From NCBI GenBank assembly GCA_963665815.1, contig OY762463.1, forward strand, positions 192,001 through 256,000: a stretch of DNA of 64,000 nucleotides. Reading direction: 5' to 3'. Positions 19,727-28,745 of this stretch are shown here, piece after piece (positions within the stretch are counted from its first letter, which is position 1; each line of letters starts with the position of its first letter). The notes under the pieces are model-generated. The model was not told the origin of the DNA. It saw nothing but the letters and a program-made list of their open reading frames with translations, and did not search any database. The stretch comes from Candidatus Cloacimonadales bacterium. Its GTDB lineage: Bacteria; Cloacimonadota; Cloacimonadia; Cloacimonadales; JAIOQZ01. The translations under genes and the position numbers were made by a program.

Positions 19727-22700
19727 ATGAGTGATTATAAGCAAACAAAGTTATGGAAAGAATTTGAATCGAAGGCTGATGTTGACAATGTTGTTGAAGT
19801 TGAATCACATATTAAAAAAGCAATTTCTAAACTAAAATTAGTAAGAGATACATTTCCCGCATACACATTACACGACGAAGAGCATTCTTTGAATGTCCTT
19901 AAATTAATGGGTGAACTTCTAGGCGATAGTATGCAGTATGTAGATAGTTTAGAACTCGTAATGCTTATTCTGAGCGCATATTATCATGATATTGGAATGG
20001 TTTACTCTAATTCAGAAAAAGATGCAATCAAGGACAATCCTCTTTTTAACGATTTTCTGAAAAGTAATCCAAAATACAAATTGAGAATTGCTGAATTGCA
20101 AAAAAATAAAAGTTCATTACCTGAAGATATTGTCCAGGCTTTCTGTCGTTGGAATCATCCACAGAAGAGCTATGATGATATTATGATTCAGGAAGGGATG
20201 AAATATGGAAAGATAACAATCAATAAAAAATTAGCCCTCCTTTGTCAAAGTCATGGGAATAGCATATATGAGGCAAAAAATAATGAAGCATTATTGGCAA
20301 ACTTCCATGAAAATACAGATTTACTCTTTTGCGCAATTATCCTGAGATTAGCTGACATCATGGATTTTGATTACTCCAGAACTCCTGAAGAGATATATCA
20401 GTATTTATCGTTATCATCTGAAACAAGTTCAAGTGCTAAAATTAGTAATGTAGAATGGTTGAAGCATATAGATTCAGAAGGTTTTTCATTTCCAAGAAAT
20501 GGAAGAAAAAACAATTATGCAATTAGTTTTCATGCACAACCGGATAAACCAATTATTGAAAAGGGTATCAGAGAATTCTTAAAAATAATTGAAAATGAGA
20601 TAAATGATTGTATTGCTGCACTTCGATATTGTTCAGACAGATGGAAGAACTTCAAACTTCCATCTAGTTATATTAATAAAGACAATATTTGTAGTCAAGG
20701 ATACACATATGGAGAATATCGATTTACCCTCGACCATGATAATGTGCTTAAGCTACTAATAGGTGAAAACTTATATTCAGACGATTTTGTTTTCATTAGA
20801 GAATTGCTTCAAAATTCAATAGATACCTCAAGATTCAGAGAAAGTTATGAAAAAGGAAGAGGAAATTCAGATTTTAAGTGTGAACCAATAAATATAACAT
20901 CATGGAGAGATGCGACTGGCTATGTTTGGTTTAGGATTGATGATTATGGAATGGGAATGAGTAAGGAGATAATTGAGAAATATTTCCTTCAGATAGGTCG
21001 ATCATATTATAATTCTGATGATTTCAAATTGGATACTCTTACTGACAAAAACAAGCTTGTACCGATTAGCAGATTTGGTATTGGTATTCTTTCTTGTTTT
21101 ATTGTTGGCGACCAAATTGAATTGAGCACAAGATATATTAAGAACGACGTTGCTAGAAATGCAATTAGAATGACAATGGAAGGGTCTTCAGGTTTCTTTA
21201 CGATGATGCATGAATATAATAACCTCAAAGCTAGTTCGATGCCTGCAAAATATGGGGAGTCTAATGATTATCGGAAAGCTGATGAATATGGAACATCTAT
21301 TGCAGTCAGGTTAAAACAATCATTCAGTTTTGATGAATTAGATTTCACTGAAGAAATAAAGAACTATGTATCTTTTTCTCCAATACAGATTCAGCATAAT
21401 GATATGTCTATTGGTTGCGATTATGATCGTATTCTCTATCCATGGATAAAAGATTATAAAATTGATCTTCCTAATGAAATTGTTTTACAGTTAGAAGAAG
21501 TTCTCAAAATGGACTTTGAGGATGGAATTAAGATTGGTTTATACACTATTGACATTACAAGACTTTCGCAAAACCCGAGCATAAAAGGACAAGTTCTTTA
21601 TATAAAACTTGAAATTTCAGATAGAGATAAGAAAACAATAGGTATAGAGTATAAAAGAGAAGTAAAGATTATTTTTGACAATATCTCAAGAACTTTTGAA
21701 CTTGATGTAAGATTTCGAGATGATGACACATTGAAGAGAATAGTATATATAGATGATAGAATAAACTATCTCAATATATCAATAAGATATGGCCTTCAAA
21801 AACTACTAGGTTATAATAAAGCAAAAGTAGAACTAATTCACAGTATCTTGGATAATGCATTCAGATTCAAAAAAGAAGATATAACAGATTTAAAAGAAGT
21901 CATGAATGCTAATGAAGATTTGGATTATCTAATGAGTGAAATAGATGCATTATATGATCAGATTACCGAATATAAAAATCTAAAAAAACTTAAGCATAAA
22001 GCTCTTATACATAAAAAAATATCTCTAGACCATTGCTTATGTGATGTCGAGAATATTTACCCTGTATTCAGTAAGTTTCACTTAACTTATAATGGAATTA
22101 ATTTACCCCAAAGTTTATTTGATGCGTTAGAGTTGAGTAACACAGAAGATGGAATATTACTTGGAGTCTGTGCATTATTTGATGAGCTAAGACCAGAAAT
22201 GTTAATTTCAAGAGATAGAGTAAGATTTATGCCCATTGAAATCTATTTGGCATTGCACTTCCCTTTATACAAAGCTCTAATGGACATTGATAATTGCATT
22301 TATAGTCCTTTTTATGGATACTATTATTTTAGTCAGGAAGGCTATAAGAAGTATTATCAACACAACTTAGTTTCATTTAAAGATACTTGGAAAGCTGAAA
22401 AAATTTTTTATACACAAAATGGTTTCTTGTCTATCTCTGATATTGATGAACTTATATGTATTAGTAATGAAATATACTTAACAGATTCTGAAGATGTTTT
22501 TTTTGGTAGTCTACACAAAAGTATACAATCTTTTAGTCTAGTAAAAGCACTTCTACTACAAACGAATTATTCTATTTCTTATATAAATAAATCTATTGTT
22601 ATTTCAAGAGTTTTAGAAAATGAGGAAAAGGAAATTTTTACGTATTTTCCACCTGTTTTCTTTATTGCTTATCAGAAGGAATCAAGAATTCTTAAGGCTA

Positions 22701-22948
22701 ACAATATACCACTTAATATAAACCATGATTTGTCAACATGGTTAATTGGGAATGCCCCCTTCTTATTCAATAATTATTCTAAGGTTTTTAATTTTTTGAT
22801 TGAAAAGCTTATGCGAATTGATAGATTGGAAAGTATTGATATTGCTGAAATAAACTTAAAATTGGATAAATTAAATGAAATCAATTCCAGTGAATACATA
22901 AAGGCAAATTTCAAAATTTCTGAAGCAGATTTTGAATTTACTGAATAG
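19727..22948 (+). CDS. HD-domain phosphohydrolase (HD-CE-like) fused to an HSP90-like GHKL ATPase and a long unknown C-terminus
   Basis: YTLHDEEHS, YYHDIGM, LRLADIMD (HD motifs); LYSDDFVFIRELLQNSIDT, DDYGMGMS, ISRFGIGILSCF, GTSI (Bergerat fold). ATG 19727 or TTG 19718. Confidence 0.85.
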   Translation: MSDYKQTKLWKEFESKADVDNVVEVESHIKKAISKLKLVRDTFPAYTLHDEEHSLNVLKLMGELLGDSMQYVDSLELVMLILSAYYHDIGMVYSNSEKDAIKDNPLFNDFLKSNPKYKLRIAELQKNKSSLPEDIVQAFCRWNHPQKSYDDIMIQEGMKYGKITINKKLALLCQSHGNSIYEAKNNEALLANFHENTDLLFCAIILRLADIMDFDYSRTPEEIYQYLSLSSETSSSAKISNVEWLKHIDSEGFSFPRNGRKNNYAISFHAQPDKPIIEKGIREFLKIIENEINDCIAALRYCSDRWKNFKLPSSYINKDNICSQGYTYGEYRFTLDHDNVLKLLIGENLYSDDFVFIRELLQNSIDTSRFRESYEKGRGNSDFKCEPINITSWRDATGYVWFRIDDYGMGMSKEIIEKYFLQIGRSYYNSDDFKLDTLTDKNKLVPISRFGIGILSCFIVGDQIELSTRYIKNDVARNAIRMTMEGSSGFFTMMHEYNNLKASSMPAKYGESNDYRKADEYGTSIAVRLKQSFSFDELDFTEEIKNYVSFSPIQIQHNDMSIGCDYDRILYPWIKDYKIDLPNEIVLQLEEVLKMDFEDGIKIGLYTIDITRLSQNPSIKGQVLYIKLEISDRDKKTIGIEYKREVKIIFDNISRTFELDVRFRDDDTLKRIVYIDDRINYLNISIRYGLQKLLGYNKAKVELIHSILDNAFRFKKEDITDLKEVMNANEDLDYLMSEIDALYDQITEYKNLKKLKHKALIHKKISLDHCLCDVENIYPVFSKFHLTYNGINLPQSLFDALELSNTEDGILLGVCALFDELRPEMLISRDRVRFMPIEIYLALHFPLYKALMDIDNCIYSPFYGYYYFSQEGYKKYYQHNLVSFKDTWKAEKIFYTQNGFLSISDIDELICISNEIYLTDSEDVFFGSLHKSIQSFSLVKALLLQTNYSISYINKSIVISRVLENEEKEIFTYFPPVFFIAYQKESRILKANNIPLNINHDLSTWLIGNAPFLFNNYSKVFNFLIEKLMRIDRLESIDIAEINLKLDKLNEINSSEYIKANFKISEADFEFTE

Positions 22949-23020
22949 TCATTAGTAATCTTTCTATATCTCTCATCCCCATTACCCCCCCCAACCTTTT
23001 ACGTCAACTCTAAAATTAAA

Positions 23021-23103
23021 ACGTGAAAAAAATCACGAAAAACTCTTGACTCTTTTTGCGGGAATTTTTAATCGTGATTTATATAACGTTATAAATTCAC
23101 GAT
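23021..23103. promoter_or_regulatory. Rex-like operators around the rex promoter
   Basis: ACGTGA-AAAAAA-TCACGA 23021-23038; TTGACT 23046-23051; near-palindrome ATCGTGATTTATATAACGTTATAAATTCACGAT 23071-23103. Confidence 0.8.
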
Positions 23104-23117
23104 AAGGAGTACTCAAT

Positions 23118-23750
23118 ATGAAAAGAGAAATACCTGTAGCGGTCATCAGAAGGATGCCGAAGTATCACAGAGAACTGTTAATACTAGATCAGGCGGGAGA
23201 AGATTTCGTCTCAACCCCTAAACTGGCAGCAGCAACCGGCGTGCACGATTCACAGATCAGAAAAGATATCGGGCTTACCGGACTTCGGGGAATTCCTAAG
23301 AAAGGACACAAAATCAAGGATCTCATTTCAGCTATTGAGACATTCCTTAACTGGAACGATGTTTCCTCAGCATTTCTTATCGGTGTTGGAAACATTGGTA
23401 AAGCATTACTCAACTATACTAACTATGAGCAATATGGTTTGAAAATCATCGCAGCATTTGATACTAACCCGGAAGTGGTTGGGCAGAAGATCAACGATAT
23501 CCAGGTTTTTCCTGTCGAGAAGCTGGAGAATCTTGTGCAGAGACTTAAGGTTCCTGTCGGAGTAATAACCGTGCCTGCAGACGCAGCACAGGAAACTGCT
23601 GACATGCTTGTTAAGAGCGGGATCAAGGGCATCTGGAATTTTGCACCGGTCACACTTGATCTCCCGGAACACATAATTCTCGAAAATGTCAATCTATACC
23701 ATGGACTGGGAGTCCTGTCAAAACGTCTGAAAGAAAAGTTAAACCCTTAA
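23118..23750 (+). CDS. rex: Redox-sensing transcriptional repressor Rex
   Basis: IPVAVIRRMPKYHR, SQIRKDI, IGVGNIGKAL Rossmann motif, AAFD, GIWNFAP. Confidence 0.95.
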   Translation: MKREIPVAVIRRMPKYHRELLILDQAGEDFVSTPKLAAATGVHDSQIRKDIGLTGLRGIPKKGHKIKDLISAIETFLNWNDVSSAFLIGVGNIGKALLNYTNYEQYGLKIIAAFDTNPEVVGQKINDIQVFPVEKLENLVQRLKVPVGVITVPADAAQETADMLVKSGIKGIWNFAPVTLDLPEHIILENVNLYHGLGVLSKRLKEKLNP

Positions 23751-23824
23751 CACTATTACTTCATGAGAGTCTTACGCTTAAGAAGCATGTAAACGTAACA
23801 AGATCTCTTAATGATGGAGGAAGA

Positions 23825-24322
23825 ATGAACAATACAGAAAACATGAATCAGTTTGAAAAAGTTGTTGAAATCGTTGAAAAGTATAATAACGATCCGACAA
23901 AATTAATTCCTATAATGCAGGCTATTCAGGAAGAATACAGATACCTGCCACAGGAAATTCTTACATCCGTAGCCGTTATGCTTGGTGTTTCACCTGCAAA
24001 AGTATACGGGATTGCCACTTTTTACTCACATTTCTCACTTGAGCCTAAAGGCAAATACATTATTAAAATATGTGATGGAACTGCATGTCATGTAAAAGGA
24101 TCAGGAGTACTGATCGAGAAAATGAAAGAACATCTCAAACTTGGAGAAGATCAGACAACAACCCCGGATATGCTGTTTACTCTCGAAAGCGTTTCCTGCC
24201 TCGGAGCATGCGGACTTGCTCCCGTAGTAGTTATCAATGATGACGTTTACGGACAGTTAACAGCGGCTAAAGGCGTATCACTTATTGATGAAATCAGAAC
24301 AAAGGAGCAGGATAATGTATAA
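23825..24322 (+). CDS. hydC: Bifurcating [FeFe] hydrogenase NuoE-like 2Fe-2S subunit (HydC)
   Basis: ATFYSHF, CDGTACHVKG, SCLGACGLAP. Confidence 0.92.
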   Translation: MNNTENMNQFEKVVEIVEKYNNDPTKLIPIMQAIQEEYRYLPQEILTSVAVMLGVSPAKVYGIATFYSHFSLEPKGKYIIKICDGTACHVKGSGVLIEKMKEHLKLGEDQTTTPDMLFTLESVSCLGACGLAPVVVINDDVYGQLTAAKGVSLIDEIRTKEQDNV

Positions 24323-26213
24323 CAAAACACTTGAAAGCATTAAAGAAAGTTATTCATCAGCTACCGGAAACATCAAAAAAAGAATCGTTGTCTGTGCAGG
24401 AACAGGTTGTATAGCTAACGGCTCCAGAGGGGTTTACGATGAGTTAGTTAAAGTAATGAATGAACTTGGTGTTGAATCAGTTGTTGATATTGCAATGGAA
24501 GACTGTCACGATGGTAAGGTTCATCTTTCCGAAAGCGGCTGTCAGGGATTCTGTCAGGTTGGTCCTCTTGTAACTGTTCTCCCTGATGATATTCTGTATG
24601 TTCATGTAAAGAAAGAATCTGCCAGAGATATAATCGAAAAAACAATATTGAACAATGAAATAGTAGAAGAATTATTATACACTAATCCCGTTGATAAACA
24701 GCATTACAAAGGTCACCATGAAATTCCTTTCTACAAGCTTCAGACCAGAAACGTAATTGCTCAGTGCGGTGTAATAGATCCGGGCGATCTTAACGAATAC
24801 ATTGCAAAGGACGGATATAAATCAGCAAGAGACGTAATCACGAACCTGACAGAGGAAGAGACTTGTCAGTATATTCTTGATTCAGGTCTTCGCGGACGCG
24901 GCGGCGGTGGATTTCTTACAGGTAGAAAATGGATGTTCGCACAAAAGAAAGCTGCTGATAAGAAATACATAATCTGTAATGGAGATGAGGGAGACCCTGG
25001 TGCATTCATGGACAGATCACTTCTGGAAGGTAATCCTCATTCAGTTCTGGAAGGTATGATGATTGCTGCCAGAGCAATTGGTGCAGACGAAGGCTACATC
25101 TATGTAAGAGTTGAGTATCCGCTTGCTGTACAGAGAGTAAGAAGAGCGATCAGGGATGCGGAAGAAAACGGAATTCTCGGAAACAACGTATTCGGAACAG
25201 ACTTTAGTTTTAAAATAAATGTAATGGAAGGTGCAGGTGCGTTTGTCTGTGGTGAAGAAACAGCTCTTATCGCTTCAATTGAAGGTCAGAGAGGTATGCC
25301 GAAACCTAAACCGCCTTTTCCTGCTGATAAAGGATTATTTGGTAAACCGACTATCATCAACAACGTCGAAACACTTTCAACTATCCCGCTTATTTTCCTT
25401 CAGGGGAACGAAGCTTATACTAAAGTAGGAACAGAAAGCTCTCCTGGAACCAAAACTTTTGCACTCACCGGACATGTTGCTAACACAGGACTTATTGAAG
25501 TACCTTTCGGGTCAACTGTCAGAGATATTGTATTTAACATTGGTGGTGGAGTAATTGATAATGATGGTAACGTAGACAACTCCCAGTTTAAAGCAGTACA
25601 GATTGGTGGGCCGTCCGGGGGATGCCTTACCGAAGAACACCTCGATGTTCCGCTTGACTTTGATTCTCTGACCTCGATTGGTGCTATGGTTGGCTCCGGC
25701 GGACTTGTTGTCATGAACAAAAGCACCTGTATCGTGCAGATTGCCAGATTCTTCATGAACTTCACCCAGAACGAAAGCTGTGGAAAATGTGTTCCATGTA
25801 GAGAAGGAACAAGCCAGATGCTGAGACTCCTTGATGATATTATTGAAGGAAACGGATCTCTTGAAACTCTGGATCTTCTGGAAAAAACAGCAAAGACGGT
25901 TAAAAGTGCATCACTCTGCGGACTGGGTAAATCAGCTCCAAGTCCTGTACTCTCAACCCTGAAGTACTTCAGAGAAGAATATGAAAAGCATGTTGTTAAA
26001 GGATACTGCCCGACAGGTCAATGTAAAGCATTAACGGTATATTCAATTGATCCTGAGCTTTGTAAAGGCTGTACACTTTGCAAAAGAGCCTGCCCGGTAG
26101 ATGCAATAACCGGTGATGTTAGACAACCACATATTATAGACCCTGAAAAATGCATTAAATGCGGAGCATGCGTTGCTACCTGTAAATTCAATGCAATCAA
26201 TGGAGGTGCATAG
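24315..26213 (+). CDS. hydB: Bifurcating [FeFe] hydrogenase NuoF-like FMN/NADH subunit (HydB)
   Basis: SGLRGRGGGGF, CNGDEGDPGAFMDR, GAGAFVCGEETAL, ESCGKCVPCREG, C-terminal 2x[4Fe-4S]; start ATG 24315 after AAGGAG. Confidence 0.95.
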   Translation: MYNKTLESIKESYSSATGNIKKRIVVCAGTGCIANGSRGVYDELVKVMNELGVESVVDIAMEDCHDGKVHLSESGCQGFCQVGPLVTVLPDDILYVHVKKESARDIIEKTILNNEIVEELLYTNPVDKQHYKGHHEIPFYKLQTRNVIAQCGVIDPGDLNEYIAKDGYKSARDVITNLTEEETCQYILDSGLRGRGGGGFLTGRKWMFAQKKAADKKYIICNGDEGDPGAFMDRSLLEGNPHSVLEGMMIAARAIGADEGYIYVRVEYPLAVQRVRRAIRDAEENGILGNNVFGTDFSFKINVMEGAGAFVCGEETALIASIEGQRGMPKPKPPFPADKGLFGKPTIINNVETLSTIPLIFLQGNEAYTKVGTESSPGTKTFALTGHVANTGLIEVPFGSTVRDIVFNIGGGVIDNDGNVDNSQFKAVQIGGPSGGCLTEEHLDVPLDFDSLTSIGAMVGSGGLVVMNKSTCIVQIARFFMNFTQNESCGKCVPCREGTSQMLRLLDDIIEGNGSLETLDLLEKTAKTVKSASLCGLGKSAPSPVLSTLKYFREEYEKHVVKGYCPTGQCKALTVYSIDPELCKGCTLCKRACPVDAITGDVRQPHIIDPEKCIKCGACVATCKFNAINGGA

Positions 26214-28225
26214 TGAAAAAAGAAAGAAAATACATGTTTGTAAACAATAGAAAAGTTGAAATTACCGATGAAAAAAATGTTCTTCAGGTAGCAAGAAACG
26301 CCGGTGTAGAAATCCCGACATTCTGTTATCACTCAGAACTCAGTGTTTATGGTGCCTGCCGTCTCTGCCTCGTAGAAATCGAAGGAATGGGAACAGTTGC
26401 ATCATGTACAATCACTCCTCAGGAAGGAATGAGAGTTAAAACGCATACTCAGGAAATCAGAGAAACAAGAAAGACTATCATGGAACTGCTTCTGGCGAAT
26501 CACGATCAGAAATGTACTTCCTGCATTAAAAGCAGTGACTGTAAGCTGAGAGAACTTGCTGACAAAATCGGTGTCGGTGAAAACCATTACAAGCACACCA
26601 AACCTGAATATGAAATGGATACAATCTCAGATTGTCTTATCCGCGACCCTAACAAATGCGTACTCTGCGGTGACTGTGTGAGATATTGCGAAGAGATTCA
26701 GGGAATCGGTGCCATAGACTTTGCCGGCAGAGGTGAAAACGTGATCGTATCACCTGCATTCGGACAGTCAATTGCTCATGTGGACTGTATAAACTGCGGT
26801 CAATGTGCTGCTGTGTGTCCGACCGGTGCAATCGTACCTAAGGGACAGATTGATGATGTCTGGAATGTAATCAACGATGATACAAAAACTGTTGTAGCTC
26901 AGGTAGCTCCGGCTGTAAGAGTAGCTCTTGGTGAAATGTTCGGATACAAAGCCGGAGAACTCACAATAGGTGAAATGACAGGCGTTATGAAAATGATGGG
27001 ATTCAACAAGGTATATGATACATCATTTGCGGCAGACCTTACTACACTGGAAGAAGCTAACGAATTCATACAGAGAAAACAGAATGGCGGAAAGCTTCCT
27101 ATATTCACATCATGTTGTCCTGCCTGGGTGAAATATGCTGAGCAGTCACTTCCTGAGCTGCTTCCTAATCTTTCATCCTGTAAATCACCTCAGCAGATGT
27201 TTGGTTCAGTTGCCAAAGAAGAACTCCCTGAAATGCTGAAAGTAGATAAGAAAGATCTGGTTGTTGTTTCAATCATGCCATGTACAGCAAAAAAATTCGA
27301 AGCAAGAAGACCTGAATTCAGCAAAGACGGAGTTAAAGAAGTAGATTATGTCCTTACAACTAAAGAACTGGGACTCATGATAAAAGAAGCAGGCATAATG
27401 TTCAATGAAATCAATCCTGAATCAATGGACCTTCCTTACGGATTCGCAACAGGAGCAGGTGTTATTTTTGGTAACACTGGTGGTGTAACAGAGTCTGTAC
27501 TGAGATATGTTGGTTCATTAACAGACAGCGAAGTATACGCTGATTCTGATTTTGAAGATATTCGCGGATTTGAGGGAGTTAAAGAAACTCAGGTTACTGT
27601 CGGTGATCTTAAACTCAAACTTGCGGTAGTTCACGGGATCAAGAACGCTAAGAGTCTGGCAGACAAGATTCAGGCTGGTGAAGTTGAATATGATATCGTA
27701 GAAGTAATGGCTTGCCCGGGCGGATGTATCGGTGGAGCGGGACAACCTGTAACACACAACGAAAAAATACGTCAGGCACGTGCAAAAGGTATATATCATG
27801 CTGACAAGATCATGCAGCTTCATAAACCTGATGACAACCCATTTATAAAAGAATTGTACACCAGAAAACTCAAAGAACCGGGAAGCAGTGTTGCTCACGA
27901 GTTACTCCATACCAAATACAAAATGCGTAAAAGAATTCAGACTAACGACATTCAGGTAATGCAGTCTGAAAATCCTGATGCAGTAAAAGTAAGTGTATGT
28001 GTAGGAACCGGATGCTTTATCAGAGGATCAAGAAAAGTACTTACTGACCTGACAAAGCTTGTAGCGAATGATCCGCTTAAAGACAAAGTCAATATTTGTG
28101 CAACCTTCTGCAGTGAAAACTGCGATAAAGGTCCTACAGTGACTATCGGAGATGACAAAGTATATAAAGCTGATGCAGATACAGTAATGACGGTTTTGAG
28201 AGAGCGAATTAACGCGCATAGTTAG
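26213..28225 (+). CDS. hydA: [FeFe] hydrogenase catalytic subunit (group A3, HydA) with a C-terminal thioredoxin-like 2Fe-2S domain
   Basis: H-cluster motifs TSCCPAW, MPCTAKKFE, EVMACPGGCIGGAGQP; N-terminal FeS clusters; C-terminal CVGTGC..CSENC. Confidence 0.96.
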   Translation: MKKERKYMFVNNRKVEITDEKNVLQVARNAGVEIPTFCYHSELSVYGACRLCLVEIEGMGTVASCTITPQEGMRVKTHTQEIRETRKTIMELLLANHDQKCTSCIKSSDCKLRELADKIGVGENHYKHTKPEYEMDTISDCLIRDPNKCVLCGDCVRYCEEIQGIGAIDFAGRGENVIVSPAFGQSIAHVDCINCGQCAAVCPTGAIVPKGQIDDVWNVINDDTKTVVAQVAPAVRVALGEMFGYKAGELTIGEMTGVMKMMGFNKVYDTSFAADLTTLEEANEFIQRKQNGGKLPIFTSCCPAWVKYAEQSLPELLPNLSSCKSPQQMFGSVAKEELPEMLKVDKKDLVVVSIMPCTAKKFEARRPEFSKDGVKEVDYVLTTKELGLMIKEAGIMFNEINPESMDLPYGFATGAGVIFGNTGGVTESVLRYVGSLTDSEVYADSDFEDIRGFEGVKETQVTVGDLKLKLAVVHGIKNAKSLADKIQAGEVEYDIVEVMACPGGCIGGAGQPVTHNEKIRQARAKGIYHADKIMQLHKPDDNPFIKELYTRKLKEPGSSVAHELLHTKYKMRKRIQTNDIQVMQSENPDAVKVSVCVGTGCFIRGSRKVLTDLTKLVANDPLKDKVNICATFCSENCDKGPTVTIGDDKVYKADADTVMTVLRERINAHS

Positions 28226-28361
28226 ACATAAATTAAGATTTGTGATGTAGTTACGGAAGTTTGGTCGCATTGATAGTTATGTATCGAAGTTCATCTTTTA
28301 TCTCCAGTCAATGCGACTTCTTCTAATCATTAAAATCTTACAAGGACATAAGGTGGTTGAC

Positions 28362-28613
28362 ATGAAACGTGAACCTGAGATAATTATTTGTATGGGAAGT
28401 TCCTGTTTCAGCAGGGGCAATAAAGAGAATCTTGAGATTATTAAAAACTGGCTGTCCCTCCATGATGTTAATGCAGTAGTTAAGCTCCGAGGTACACTAT
28501 GTACTGATAATTGCAGTGCAGGACCCAATATGTGTGTCAACGGGCAATGGTTTCAAGTTCCTGATCGTCAGGTTTTATTGTCAAAACTTAAGAACATGCT
28601 CACGGACAGTTAG
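28362..28613 (+). CDS. hfsA: Thioredoxin-like 2Fe-2S ferredoxin (HfsA-like)
   Basis: ICMGSSCFSRG..LCTDNCSAGP; ATG 28362 after AAGGTGG. Confidence 0.85.
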   Translation: MKREPEIIICMGSSCFSRGNKENLEIIKNWLSLHDVNAVVKLRGTLCTDNCSAGPNMCVNGQWFQVPDRQVLLSKLKNMLTDS

Positions 28614-28625
28614 TAAATAGATAAG

Positions 28626-28726
28626 GAGAGCTTTGCATAACAGCAAAATCAATTAGATTTGAATAGACTTTTCAGATTTAAACCGTATCTTTTACTTATC
28701 AGCCTGTAGAATTAATGAGTCAGATT
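28626..28726 (+). mobile_element. MITE copy B (left end plus internal remnants; right end not seen)
   Basis: GAGAGCTTTGCATAACAGCAAAATCAA; internal ACTTTTCAGA and TGAGTCAGA shared with copy A. Confidence 0.65.
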
Positions 28727-28745
28727 TAAAACAAAGGATTTTAAC

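Noticed and set aside
23825-26213. Respiratory complex I nuoE/nuoF
   Set aside because: Coupled to an H-cluster subunit, with no membrane nuo genes; these are hydrogenase subunits.
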